Program-made: the position numbers and the translations under genes | Notes under the pieces: model-generated | What the model was told of the DNA's origin: nothing | Database searches by the model: none | What the model saw: only the letters and a program-made list of their open reading frames with translations | NCBI GenBank assembly: GCA_900546485.1 | Contig: URDK01000004.1 | Coordinates: forward strand, 4,589-68,588 | DNA from: an uncultured Eubacteriales bacterium | Lineage (GTDB): Bacteria > Bacillota > Clostridia > Oscillospirales > Oscillospiraceae | Direction of reading: 5' to 3' | Length of the DNA stretch: 64,000 nt | Shown here: positions 9,986 through 19,933 of the stretch, in pieces | Numbering within the stretch: position 1 is the first letter of the stretch | Layout of the letters: each line of letters begins with the position of its first letter

Positions 9986-10024
9986 AACGATTGGGTCGCC
10001 TTCAGGCGCCCAATCGTTTTAATT
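9986..10024 (+). terminator. Rho-independent terminator
   Basis: aacgattgggcgcc-ttcag-gcgcccaatcgtttt. Confidence 0.65.
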
Positions 10025-10050
10025 TTTAACATCTTTACGGAGGGAATACG

Positions 10051-10254
10051 ATGTTTGAGATCACCAAGAACACGATGATTTCCGAGATACTCGAGAACGC
10101 TCCCCAGGCCATGCCTGCGTTCCAGAGCATCGGGATGCACTGCATGGGCTGCGCCCTCTCCAGCGGTGAGACGCTCGAGCAGGCCTGCTACGCGCACGAG
10201 GTGGACCCCGATCAGTTCCTCGCCGACCTCAAGGCGTATCTCGCAATGTGCTGA
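10051..10254 (+). CDS. DUF1858-like small redox/disulfide protein
   Basis: 67 aa with CMGCAL...C spacing typical of hybrid-cluster-associated small proteins. Confidence 0.5.
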   Translation: MFEITKNTMISEILENAPQAMPAFQSIGMHCMGCALSSGETLEQACYAHEVDPDQFLADLKAYLAMC

Positions 10255-10260
10255 AAGGAA

Positions 10261-10286
10261 AAGCCGGCTGAGGCCGGCTTTTTTAA
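10261..10286 (+). terminator. Rho-independent terminator
   Basis: aagccggc-tgag-gccggcttttttaat. Confidence 0.7.
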
Positions 10287-10292
10287 TATATA

Positions 10293-10967
10293 ATGGACAA
10301 GGTAAAACTCACACCAAGACTGCTTGCGGCCGCCCGGCTTGTCGGGGAGAGCCGCTTTACCGTGGACGTCGGCACGGACCATGGCCATCTGGCCGTCTGG
10401 CTGCTCCAGAATGAAAAGGCCGCGCGCGTAGCCGCGACGGATATACGCCCAGGCCCGCTCTCCAGCGCCAGGGCCACGGCCGCAGAATACGGCCTGGAGG
10501 ACGCGATACGCTTTGAGCTTTGCGACGGGCTGGATTTTCCCGGAGCGGAGGAGGCGGACACCGTTGTCATAGCAGGCATGGGCGGAGAGACCATTGAGGG
10601 CATACTCAGGAGAGCGCCCTGGACGCTCTCCGGCACGCATCTCGTGCTCCAACCGCAGACGAAGGTAGACGAGCTGTGCGTCTGGCTGCGCGTGACGGGC
10701 TACGCGATAGATAACGCCGTCCTCGCCGCCGAGGGTGAACGGCTGTATGTGATAATCTCCGCCCGCGCCGGGAACAAGGGCGCGCTTTTTGCGGAGGACG
10801 CGCTTGCAGCCGCGAGCGACCCGCTGCTACAGCGCTGGCTGGACGCCAGGATAGCAAGCGTGCAGCGTGCCATCGACGGTATAGAGAGCTCGGGAAAAAA
10901 GCGGCGCGATACCTTTGAGCTGCGCCAGACTCTCAAACGCCTGCTTGAGCTGAGAAAGGAGCCGTAA
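10293..10967 (+). CDS. trmK: tRNA (adenine22-N1)-methyltransferase TrmK
   Basis: VDVGTDHGHLAVWL and AGMGGETI motifs. Confidence 0.75.
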   Translation: MDKVKLTPRLLAAARLVGESRFTVDVGTDHGHLAVWLLQNEKAARVAATDIRPGPLSSARATAAEYGLEDAIRFELCDGLDFPGAEEADTVVIAGMGGETIEGILRRAPWTLSGTHLVLQPQTKVDELCVWLRVTGYAIDNAVLAAEGERLYVIISARAGNKGALFAEDALAAASDPLLQRWLDARIASVQRAIDGIESSGKKRRDTFELRQTLKRLLELRKEP

Positions 10968-11741
10968 ATGGCGAAAGTAAGTGAAATATTTGAAAAGCTG
11001 GCCCTCCGCGCTCCTGTGGAGCTTAAGATGGGCTTTGATAACGTCGGCCACCTCGCCGGACGCGCCGACAGGGAAGTGAGCCGCGTCCTCGTCGCGCTTG
11101 ATATCACCGACGAGGTCATAGCGGAGGCAAAGGACATCGGCGCCGAGCTCATAGTCTCGCACCACCCGCTGACCTTTGAGGGCCTCAAGTCCGTGACGGA
11201 CGGCGACCCCACTGCGCGCAAGTTCGTGGCCATCATAGAGGGCGGCATGTCCGCTATCTGTATGCATACGAATCTTGACGCGGCCCAGGGCGGCGTGAAC
11301 GACGCACTCGCGGCGGCGCTCGGCGGCCGGGTCATCGGCATACTCAACACGGACGACGGCATAAGCCGCCTCTGCGAGCTGCCGGAGACGATGGACTTTG
11401 CTGATTTCCTGCGCCATGTCAAGGACAGCCTCGGCGCAAACGGTTTGCGCTATGCGGGGCCGGGAAGGCCCGTGCGCCGCTTCGGTATCTGCGGCGGCTC
11501 AGGCGCGGGTGACCTGCCGCTGGCCCTCGCCCAGGGCTGTGACACCTTCGTCACCGCCGACGTCAAGCACCACCAGTTCATACAGGCCAATGAGGAGCAC
11601 ATAAACCTCATAGATGCCGGACACTTCTCCACTGAGAACGTGGTCGTCCCTGTACTGAAAGCGTGGCTCTACGAGGACTTCCCCGAGCTAGACGTGCGCA
11701 TCTCCGAAAGGCATTGCCAGCCGGAAAAATTCTATGTATAA
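10968..11741 (+). CDS. Nif3-family dinuclear-metal-centre protein (YqfO-like)
   Basis: ELIVSHHP...MHTNLD...HF motifs. It pairs with trmK as in Bacillus. Confidence 0.75.
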   Translation: MAKVSEIFEKLALRAPVELKMGFDNVGHLAGRADREVSRVLVALDITDEVIAEAKDIGAELIVSHHPLTFEGLKSVTDGDPTARKFVAIIEGGMSAICMHTNLDAAQGGVNDALAAALGGRVIGILNTDDGISRLCELPETMDFADFLRHVKDSLGANGLRYAGPGRPVRRFGICGGSGAGDLPLALAQGCDTFVTADVKHHQFIQANEEHINLIDAGHFSTENVVVPVLKAWLYEDFPELDVRISERHCQPEKFYV

Positions 11742-11848
11742 TCAGGAGGGCCCGCCGTTGAAGCGGGCTTTCTTAATGAGAATTTAAAGAATTGCCCACT
11801 TTTATCTTAAATCGGCCCCGGGTTACAATAATGGCGTGAGGTGAGGAC

Positions 11849-12550
11849 ATGGCAAACATACTTATCTGTGACGACGACGTCGATATCGTCTCAGCGCTGA
11901 AGATCTACCTGTCGAACGAGGACTACAAGATATATACCGCGTTCACAGGCAAGCAGGCACTTGACTGCGTGAGGGAGCACGATATTGACCTGGTGCTCAT
12001 GGACGTCATGATGCCCGAGATGGACGGTATCGCGGCCACGGCGAAGCTGCGGGAGGAATACAACATCCCCGTCATCCTTCTCACGGCCAAGAGCGAGAGC
12101 TCCGACAAGGTGCTCGGCCTCAACGTGGGTGCGGACGACTATGTGACAAAGCCCTTCGACCCCATCGAGGTGCAGGCCCGCGTGCGGAGCCAGCTGCGGC
12201 GCTATACACGTCTCGGGGGACAGCAGAAGCGCGAGCCTCCGAAGGATACGATCACCATCGGCGGCGTGGAGCTCAACGACGCCGAAAAATCCGTCACCGT
12301 GGACGGCGAGCCCGTGCAGCTCACGCCCATCGAGTACAACATCCTCCACCTGCTGATGCGAAACCCGAACCGCGTCTTTTCGTCCACGCAGATCTATGAG
12401 CTCGTTTGGAACGAGAACGCCTACGGCTCGGAGAGCGCCGTCGCAGTCCATATCCGCCACCTCAGGGAGAAGATCGAGATTAACCCCAGCGAGCCGCGCT
12501 ACATAAAGGTCGTCTGGGGCCAGGGCTACAAGATGGAGGGCAAAAAGTAA
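11849..12550 (+). CDS. OmpR-family response regulator
   Basis: Receiver domain DDD...MDVMMP...LTAK and a winged-helix C-terminus. Confidence 0.85.
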   Translation: MANILICDDDVDIVSALKIYLSNEDYKIYTAFTGKQALDCVREHDIDLVLMDVMMPEMDGIAATAKLREEYNIPVILLTAKSESSDKVLGLNVGADDYVTKPFDPIEVQARVRSQLRRYTRLGGQQKREPPKDTITIGGVELNDAEKSVTVDGEPVQLTPIEYNILHLLMRNPNRVFSSTQIYELVWNENAYGSESAVAVHIRHLREKIEINPSEPRYIKVVWGQGYKMEGKK

Positions 12551-14232
12551 TGGACGACGAACTCATACCCGTTGAAACCGAAGAACCGCCGAAGGAGCGC
12601 GTGAAGCTCACGCACAACATCTGGGCCAAGGTCGGCGCCATAGTGCTGCTGTATGTGTTCGCGCTGTGCTTTTTAGCCTGCGCCGCCTGCTTTCTCTTAG
12701 GCGCCTATGGGGGCATATTAGAGGGCAACAACCTGAGCGGTACGCTTGAAAGCATCGACGTTGACCTCCCCGGCGGGCAGTTTGTGTATGACCTCGTACT
12801 GTTCTCGGCGAGCTTCAACTCTGCCTGTGTGCCGGTGGGCATAGTGTTAATCGCACTGGTGCTGGCATGCCTCATCTTCCTCTTTTGCGCCGCCGGGCAT
12901 CGCAAGGGCGAGACCGAGCCGCGGCTGAATCCGGTGGACCGTATCCCGCTCGACATCTACGCCGCCGCCGTGGTCATTGCCTGCATATTCATTGTTGCAT
13001 TCTGCACGGAATATTTGTTTTATACTAATGTATTCAACTATTCGATAGGCATCCAGCTCGTGCTGCTGGCGCTTGCGCTTGGCGGTTTGGCCTTCGGCCT
13101 CGTCCTCGCGCTGCTGCTGAGCTTTGCCACGCGCGTCAAGTGCGGCAAGTGGTGGAGGAACACCATCATATACCGCGTACTGCGCTTCTGCTGGCGCGTC
13201 GTCAAGGCTGTCTGGCACTGGTTTGGCCGCGTGGGCCGCATGATACCCATCGTCTGGCGCACGGCGCTCATAATGGCGGGACTGTTCTTTATTGCGTTCA
13301 TACTATTTTTACTGATGTATGACCAGAGTGGAGGCTGGCTGCTCGTAGGGCTCCTTTTTGCCATCGTCATCTACGCCGCCGCCATTTTCGGAGCCTGGCA
13401 GATGAAGGGCATCAAAAAGGCCGGGCAGCAGCTGGCCGAGGGCAATTTCAACGAGAAGATAGACACCACACACATGTACTGGGAGTTCAAGTCCCACGCC
13501 GAGAACCTCAACAGCATCGGCGATGGCCTCGCGAAGGAGGTCGCCCAGCGCATGAAGTCCGAGCGGCTCAAGACCGAGCTCATAACCAACGTCTCGCACG
13601 ACATCAAGACACCGCTCACGTCAATAATAAACTATGTCGACCTCCTGCAGAAGGCCAAGACGGAAGAAGAGCGCGCCGAGTATCTCGCGGTGCTCGACCG
13701 CCAGTCCCACCGCCTCAAGAAGCTGACTGAGGACCTCGTCGAGGCGTCCAAGGCCTCCACCGGCAACATGAATGTAAACCTTGAGCCGACGAACACGCAG
13801 GAGATAATCAACCAGTCCTTTGGTGAGTACAGCGCCAAGCTCGAGGCCGGACGGCTCAACACCGTCATCAGCATCCCCGAGCACGTACCCGTGGTAATGG
13901 CAGACGGGCGGCTGCTGTGGAGGGTCATAGATAACCTCTTCAACAACGTCGTCAAGTACGCCCTGCCCGAGACCCGCGTATACGTCGACGTGCGCGTCGA
14001 GGGTAGCGATGCGGTCATCTCGATGAAGAACATCTCCCGAGCGGCGCTCAACGTCAGCGTGGATGAGCTCCTGGAGCGCTTCGTCCGAGGCGACGCCTCC
14101 CGGACCACCGAGGGCAGCGGACTGGGCCTGAACATAGCCAAGAGCCTTACGGAGCTCCAGCACGGCACGTTCAGCATCAGCACCGATGGCGACCTGTTCA
14201 AAGCCGAGATAAGACTTCCACTGGCACAATAA
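12550..14232 (+). CDS. Sensor histidine kinase with a large polytopic membrane N-terminus
   Basis: H-box HDIKTPLTSI and an N/G1/G2 ATPase region. Its start overlaps the response-regulator stop. Confidence 0.8.
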   Translation: MDDELIPVETEEPPKERVKLTHNIWAKVGAIVLLYVFALCFLACAACFLLGAYGGILEGNNLSGTLESIDVDLPGGQFVYDLVLFSASFNSACVPVGIVLIALVLACLIFLFCAAGHRKGETEPRLNPVDRIPLDIYAAAVVIACIFIVAFCTEYLFYTNVFNYSIGIQLVLLALALGGLAFGLVLALLLSFATRVKCGKWWRNTIIYRVLRFCWRVVKAVWHWFGRVGRMIPIVWRTALIMAGLFFIAFILFLLMYDQSGGWLLVGLLFAIVIYAAAIFGAWQMKGIKKAGQQLAEGNFNEKIDTTHMYWEFKSHAENLNSIGDGLAKEVAQRMKSERLKTELITNVSHDIKTPLTSIINYVDLLQKAKTEEERAEYLAVLDRQSHRLKKLTEDLVEASKASTGNMNVNLEPTNTQEIINQSFGEYSAKLEAGRLNTVISIPEHVPVVMADGRLLWRVIDNLFNNVVKYALPETRVYVDVRVEGSDAVISMKNISRAALNVSVDELLERFVRGDASRTTEGSGLGLNIAKSLTELQHGTFSISTDGDLFKAEIRLPLAQ

Positions 14233-14237
14233 ACTCA

Positions 14238-14270
14238 AACGGCGCCGCTTGACATGCGGCGCCGTTCTGT
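14238..14270 (+). terminator. Hairpin after the HK gene
   Basis: aacggcgccgc-ttgacat-gcggcgccgtt, followed by a weak T tract. Confidence 0.45.
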
Positions 14271-14522
14271 TATACTGAAATAAATATTGTTCCCTTTCTT
14301 CGGAAACGAGAGTATTCTCTACTGGCGGTGAAAGCCCGCGAGCGAAAGCTAACCCGGTCATATCCCGGGGCCAACAGTTCAGGTCTGGATGGGAGAAGAA
14401 AGCCGCCAATGGTACCAAGCGGCGCTCCCCGGACTGTGGAAAAGGGAGACGTCGCAGTCGGTATTGTCATGCCGGCTGTTTTTTCATGCCCGGCGGCGCA
14501 GGGAGTCGGAAGGAGAAGCTGT

Positions 14523-15899
14523 ATGGAGGAGAGAACAAAAACCGCAAACCCGCTCGAGACCGAGCCTATATTCAGGCTGCTGCTCAAATACTCGGTGCCT
14601 ACGGCGCTGACTCTGATGGTCAACTACCTCTACAATATCGTTGACCAGATATTTGTCGGCCAGGGCGTGGGCATATCCGGCATGACCGCCACGAACGTGG
14701 CCTTCCCGCTGATGATTCTCGTGAACTCTATTGCTCTTCTGCTGGGCGATGGCTGCGCGGCCAACATGAGCCTCTGTCTGGGCCGCCGCCAGCAGGAGGA
14801 TGCGGACGCCACGGCGTCGCACGCGCTGACTCTGATAATCAGCAGCGGTCTGATATGCGCCCTAGGCTGCGGCATTTTTGCGCCTAGGCTGGTCGTGCTC
14901 TGCGGAACCACGGATACGGCCTACGACCAGGCCATTGCCTATCTGCGCGCGGTGGCCTGGGGCATACCGTTTCAGCTCATGTGTCCGGCCTTCACAGCTA
15001 TAATCCGTGCAGACGGCGCGCCGCAGTACACGATGAAGTGCATGATACTTGGCGCAGTCATAAACCTCATCCTGGACCCTGTATTCATCTTCATCTTCAA
15101 GATGGGCGTCGTCGGCGCCGGCATAGCAACGGCCATTGGCCAGTGTGCCGCCGGCTGCATGTGTCTCATGTATCTCAGGAACATGCGCACCGTAAAAATA
15201 CGCCGTCGTCACCTCAGGCCCACGCTCCGCATCACCTGGCGCATACTCAGCCTCGGCTTTCCAAGCCTTCTGACTCAGGCCATGACCGCGCTGGTGCAGA
15301 TAACGCTCAACAACCTCATGCGCAAGTACGGCGCTATGAGTATCTACGGCAGCGACATCGCCCTGTCGGTCTACGGCATGATGGTCAAGGTCTATCAGAT
15401 AGCACATTCGTTGTTCGTGGGCGTGTCCTCGGCGGTGCAGCCGATAAACGGCTTCAACTTCGGCGCGAAGCACTACGAGCGCGTACACAGCACGTACAGC
15501 CTCGCCATACGCGTCTCGCTGGGCATTTCGGTGGTGTGCTTTCTCGTGTTCATGCTGCTGCCCAGGCAGATAGGCTCGCTCTTTGTCTCCGACAGTGAGC
15601 TATACCTCGTCTGTTCAGCGCACGTGTTTCGTATATATATGATGGCCTTTTTTATCTACGGCTTCCACATGACCACAGCGTCCTTCTTCCAGGGCATAGG
15701 CAAGCCGGTGCGCTCTCTGCTCATCCCGCTGGTGAGGCAGGGCGTGTTTCTGATCCCGCTTGCGCTGCTGCTCTCCGGCCGCTATGGGCTCGACGGCGCG
15801 CTATACGCCGTGCCGATAGCCGATGTGCTGGTTTTCCTGCTGAGCGCCGTACTGGTCATCTTAGAATTTCGCGCCTGGCGGCGAGCCGGTTGGCTGTAA
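14523..15899 (+). CDS. MATE-family efflux transporter
   Basis: 12-TM profile and an N-terminal LLKYSVPTALTLMVNYLYNIVDQIFVGQGVG signature. The start was moved to an internal ATG with a GGAAGGAG RBS. Confidence 0.8.
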   Translation: MEERTKTANPLETEPIFRLLLKYSVPTALTLMVNYLYNIVDQIFVGQGVGISGMTATNVAFPLMILVNSIALLLGDGCAANMSLCLGRRQQEDADATASHALTLIISSGLICALGCGIFAPRLVVLCGTTDTAYDQAIAYLRAVAWGIPFQLMCPAFTAIIRADGAPQYTMKCMILGAVINLILDPVFIFIFKMGVVGAGIATAIGQCAAGCMCLMYLRNMRTVKIRRRHLRPTLRITWRILSLGFPSLLTQAMTALVQITLNNLMRKYGAMSIYGSDIALSVYGMMVKVYQIAHSLFVGVSSAVQPINGFNFGAKHYERVHSTYSLAIRVSLGISVVCFLVFMLLPRQIGSLFVSDSELYLVCSAHVFRIYMMAFFIYGFHMTTASFFQGIGKPVRSLLIPLVRQGVFLIPLALLLSGRYGLDGALYAVPIADVLVFLLSAVLVILEFRAWRRAGWL

Positions 15900-15975
15900 T
15901 ATTGTCGCGGAAGTCATATCCGGACGCCCGTCCTCATAGTCTCTAACAAGAGTTCACGGGAAAAGAGGGCGGAAC

Positions 15976-17454
15976 ATGACAAACACTTCCATTTATCAGG
16001 ACATAGCCCAGCGGACCGGCGGGGACATATATCTCGGGCTGGTCGGCCCGGTGCGGACTGGTAAGTCCACGTTCATCCGGCGGTTCATGGAGACGCTGGT
16101 AATACCCAACATAGAGGACGTGTACGCCCGGGAGCGGGCGAAGGATGAGCTGCCGCAGTCCGGCTCGGGCCGGACGATAATGACGGCGGAGCCGAAATTT
16201 GTGCCGGAGGACGCAGTAAACGTGACGCTCGAGGGCGGCGTATCGTTCTCTGTGCGCATGGTGGACTGCGTGGGTTACATGGTCGAGGGGGCATCCGGCC
16301 AGTTCGAGGACGGCGAGGAGCGCATGGTCGCCACGCCGTGGTTCGACGAGGAGGTCAGCATGAGCCGAGCCGCCGAGGAGGGGACCCGCCGCGTCATAGC
16401 CGAGCATTCGACCATCGGTATAGTCATGACGACGGACGGCAGCATCTGCGGCATACCGCGCGAGGGCTATGTCCCCGCCGAGGAACGCGTCGTGGCGGAG
16501 CTCAAGTCAATAGGGAAGCCATTTGTGCTCATCTTGAACAGCGCTGAGCCCTATTCCGAGAGCGCGCAGTCGCTCAGGAGCGAGCTGGCCGAAAAATACG
16601 GCGTCACCTGCGTTTGTGTGAACTGCCTCGACCTCTCCGGCGAGGACATCGAAGAGATATTGAAGTTTGCGCTCTACGAGTTCCCGATAGCGGAGCTCGG
16701 CATATATCTTCCGTCCTGGCTGGACGCCCTGCCCGCGGACGCGCCGCTCAAGGCTGGCATTTTCGAGGGCATCGCTGAGGCGGTGCAGAACATGAGCCGA
16801 GTGCGGGACGCCTTCGGCATAATGGACGCCCTAGGCTCGCGTGAGGACGTGAGCGCGGCGGGCGTAAAGAAGGTGGATATGGGCACCGGCAAGGTCACGG
16901 CGGAGCTGGAGCTTCCGCGCAGCCTCTACTATGATACGATCAGTGAACAGTCCGGCTTTGATATACGCGACGACGGCGACCTCATGACGCTGCTGACGCA
17001 TATCAAGGACATCAAGGCGGATTACGACCACGTCAGCGAGGCATTGCGTGACGTGCGCGAGAAGGGCTACGGCGTAGTCATGCCGCTTCCGGGCGAGCTT
17101 AGGCTTGAGGAGCCGCAGATCGTGCGCAGCGGAGGCCGGTACAGCGTGCGGCTCAAGGCCAGCGCGCCGAGCATACACATGATGATGACGAACATCGAGA
17201 CTGAGGTCACGCCCGCACTCGGCGGCGAGAAGGCCTCCGAGGAGATAATGGGTTTCCTGCTCCAGGGCTTCGACGGCGATGTGAGCCGCATTTGGGAGTC
17301 CAACATCTTCGGCAAGTCGCTCTACGACATCGCGGAGGAGGGACTAGAGGCCAAGATCAAGCGCATGCCTCCCAGTGTCCAGAATAAGCTGCGCAACACC
17401 ATGCAGCGCATAGTCAACGAGGGCAGCGGCGGACTCATATGCATAATCCTTTAA
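15976..17454 (+). CDS. spoIVA: Stage IV sporulation protein A (spore coat morphogenetic ATPase)
   Basis: N-terminal Walker A GPVRTGKST, 492 aa, colinear with SpoIVA. Confidence 0.9.
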   Translation: MTNTSIYQDIAQRTGGDIYLGLVGPVRTGKSTFIRRFMETLVIPNIEDVYARERAKDELPQSGSGRTIMTAEPKFVPEDAVNVTLEGGVSFSVRMVDCVGYMVEGASGQFEDGEERMVATPWFDEEVSMSRAAEEGTRRVIAEHSTIGIVMTTDGSICGIPREGYVPAEERVVAELKSIGKPFVLILNSAEPYSESAQSLRSELAEKYGVTCVCVNCLDLSGEDIEEILKFALYEFPIAELGIYLPSWLDALPADAPLKAGIFEGIAEAVQNMSRVRDAFGIMDALGSREDVSAAGVKKVDMGTGKVTAELELPRSLYYDTISEQSGFDIRDDGDLMTLLTHIKDIKADYDHVSEALRDVREKGYGVVMPLPGELRLEEPQIVRSGGRYSVRLKASAPSIHMMMTNIETEVTPALGGEKASEEIMGFLLQGFDGDVSRIWESNIFGKSLYDIAEEGLEAKIKRMPPSVQNKLRNTMQRIVNEGSGGLICIIL

Positions 17455-17461
17455 AAAAACA

Positions 17462-17496
17462 GGCTCCGTGGAGACCCACGGAGCCTGTTTTACTAT
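17462..17496. terminator. Bidirectional terminator
   Basis: aaacaggctccgtgg-agac-ccacggagcctgttt. Confidence 0.7.
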
Positions 17497-17499
17497 CAT

Positions 17500-17784
17500 T
17501 TATCGCTCAGTTTCGCGTATCCCGTCGTTTTTAAGGAGTTGCAGAGCTCCAAAAAGAAAAATCAGGGCGTAGCCAATGACGGGGAGGTAGAACTGCAAAA
17601 GCTTCATATCAGCGTCAGGACCGCCGCTGATCCTGTACATATAGACCAGCAAGCCGGCACTCACGCCGGAGAACAGCGAGGTAAGACCACCGCATATAGT
17701 CCTGAGCAGAAAGTGCTTTCCTGTAAAAGATGCAGCGAGACATATTAGCATCAGGACATTTGCTGCTATGAACAGCTCCGTCAT
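17500..17784 (-). CDS. Small two/three-TM membrane protein, unknown function
   Basis: 94 aa from the ATG that has a GGAGG RBS. Hydrophobic helices. Confidence 0.4.
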   Translation of the reverse strand: MTELFIAANVLMLICLAASFTGKHFLLRTICGGLTSLFSGVSAGLLVYMYRISGGPDADMKLLQFYLPVIGYALIFLFGALQLLKNDGIRETER

Positions 17785-17851
17785 GGCCAAACCTCCAGAT
17801 AACAAAGTCACAAGGCGCATATTACCACAGAAAGTTTGGCCAGTCAACAGA

Positions 17852-19933
17852 TTAGAGCCAAATCCTCGGCAGCCGTTTGCCGAGACGGCTGAGGATCTCA
17901 TTTGAAATGGTTCCGCAGTGCGCGGCGAGCTCCTCACAGGGCAGACCGGGACCTATCAGCACAACCGTGTCGCCGGGTTTTACGTCTCCGCAGTCCGTGA
18001 CGTCTACAAAGAGCTGGTCCATGCACACGCGGCCTATCACCGGTGCGCGATGCCCGTTAACCAGCGCCTCAGCGCCTTCGCACTCGCGCGGAAAGCCGTC
18101 GCCGTAGCCTATGGGCAGCACTGCCACGCAGCTCGGGCGGGCCGTGGTGTAGGCGAGACCGTAGCCGAGCCCGGCGCCCGCGTGCAGGGAGCGTACCTGC
18201 TCGACGCGAGCCTTCAGACTGAGCGCCGGGACCAGGTCCGGCCAGATGCCGGTGTCGTCCATGGCGGAGCTCTTGACGCCGTAGAGGGCTATGCCGACCC
18301 TCGCGTAGGCGCAGCGCGCGTCGGGGTAGTTCAGCAGGCCGTAGCTGCTCTGCGTGTGGAGTTTTCCCGGGTCATAGCCGTCCCGCCTTAGCGTGTCGGC
18401 CAGCGCAAAGAAACGCTCGACCTGCCCTTCGGTGAAGCTGCGGCTCTCATCCGAGAGACTGTCCGAGACGCAGAGGTGCGTGAACATGCCCGTCACACGC
18501 AGGTGGGGGAGGGAGAATATCTCTTCGATGCCTTTGATATCGCCCGGGTCGGTTCCGAGGCGGTGCATGCCGGTATCTATCTTGATGTGCACGTCGATGT
18601 TCCGCCCAAAGGCAGATAGGGAACGAGCGTAGTCCGGCTCGGTGACCGTCTGCGTGAGATGATAGCGCGCAAGGCACTCAAAGCTCTCGGGTGCGGTCCA
18701 GCCGAGGATGAGTATCACGCCCTTGACCCCGGCTCTCCGGAGCTGAACACCCTCTGCCGCGCAGGCCACGGCAAAGGCGCGCACGCCGCAGCTGTTCAAG
18801 AGCCTTGCAGCCTTCACCGCACCGTGCCCGTAGGCCTCGCACTTGAGGACGGCCATCAGCTCGCAGCCGCCAGGGAGAATGGAGCGCAGATTCTCAGCGT
18901 TCTGACGGAGCGTATCCGCGTCGACCTCGACCCAGGCACGACTCCTGTCATCGGGCTTGGCAGGTCTTATTCTGTGCCAGACAAGCAAAGTGACTGCTGC
19001 TGCCGCTGCGGAGCCGAGGCAAACTGCTATATAATGCCCCACGCTGTTTTCAACAAGCAGTTCCCAAAGACCGACCACGCGAGCGGCCCCGCGCACTATC
19101 ACTATCACCCAGGGGTGCAAAATATAGACAAGCAGCGAAAACGGAGAAAGCCAGCCGGACGCCTTTCCTTTTGGAATGAGCAGCAGCGCAAAGAGAAAAT
19201 ACATGACGGCGGGCAGGAAAACGTACATGCTGTCGTGTCTCTGCCAGTCGAGATGCCGCAAAATGAGTGCCTCCGCAAGCATGAGCGCAAAGGATGAGGC
19301 AAGCCCTGCGGCCGAAGCGCCCTTAGCGGGCAGCTTTACACTGCGCATCGACGCTCCCAGCAGCAGAAAGAGCGGAGCAAAGAACAGCCCGTTGCGTGTG
19401 TAGCCTGCGACACAGAAGATGACGCCGTAGACATCGGAAACCACCGGCACGCCGCTCACGAGGCCCCAGTAGCTGTCGCCGAGCAGCCCTAGCAGATACA
19501 GCGTTCCCGCAATGCCGAGTCCCGCCCTTGAGCGAGCCAGCAGCGAGGCTACAAGCACGCCCAGCAGCGCAGCTGGCAGGTACCAGAGGTGGTAAAAGGT
19601 TCCCTCGAAGAGCAACTGCGTTACAGCTGACGCGGGCGTAAGGCCCTTTAAGTTGCCTGCGTAAAGGTTGAGCGGCAGATAGAGCAAAATGCTTGCCAAA
19701 TATATGATGCCGGTCTTTTTGAGGAAATTTCTCGTCTTTTCCGGCTTACCAACGACGAAATAGCCTGTGACCATGAAGAAAAACGGTACCGCAACCCGCG
19801 CGAGCACACGAGTGAAGATGAAGTCCGCCGTCTCGCTGTAAGTCAGCAGGGGAGAGCAGTGTATGGCCACCACCAAAAACGCCGCGGCTACGCGGAAATA
19901 TTCGATGCCGACGAGTTTTCTTGCTGTTTTCAT
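17852..19933 (-). CDS. vanT: VanT-type membrane-bound serine/alanine racemase (acyltransferase-3 membrane domain fused to a PLP racemase)
   Basis: N-terminal ~330 aa of 10-TM acyltransferase-3 type (FRVAAAFLVVAIHC). The C-terminus has racemase motifs (AVLKCEAYGHG; ...MDQ). Its ATG overlaps the vanXY stop (ATGA). Confidence 0.8.
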   Translation of the reverse strand: MKTARKLVGIEYFRVAAAFLVVAIHCSPLLTYSETADFIFTRVLARVAVPFFFMVTGYFVVGKPEKTRNFLKKTGIIYLASILLYLPLNLYAGNLKGLTPASAVTQLLFEGTFYHLWYLPAALLGVLVASLLARSRAGLGIAGTLYLLGLLGDSYWGLVSGVPVVSDVYGVIFCVAGYTRNGLFFAPLFLLLGASMRSVKLPAKGASAAGLASSFALMLAEALILRHLDWQRHDSMYVFLPAVMYFLFALLLIPKGKASGWLSPFSLLVYILHPWVIVIVRGAARVVGLWELLVENSVGHYIAVCLGSAAAAAVTLLVWHRIRPAKPDDRSRAWVEVDADTLRQNAENLRSILPGGCELMAVLKCEAYGHGAVKAARLLNSCGVRAFAVACAAEGVQLRRAGVKGVILILGWTAPESFECLARYHLTQTVTEPDYARSLSAFGRNIDVHIKIDTGMHRLGTDPGDIKGIEEIFSLPHLRVTGMFTHLCVSDSLSDESRSFTEGQVERFFALADTLRRDGYDPGKLHTQSSYGLLNYPDARCAYARVGIALYGVKSSAMDDTGIWPDLVPALSLKARVEQVRSLHAGAGLGYGLAYTTARPSCVAVLPIGYGDGFPRECEGAEALVNGHRAPVIGRVCMDQLFVDVTDCGDVKPGDTVVLIGPGLPCEELAAHCGTISNEILSRLGKRLPRIWL

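Noticed and set aside
14328-14522. 5' extension of the MATE ORF (start at 14328)
   Set aside because: The extension is Arg/Pro-rich non-protein-like sequence. A strong GGAAGGAG RBS precedes the internal ATG at 14523. The region is better explained as a structured leader.
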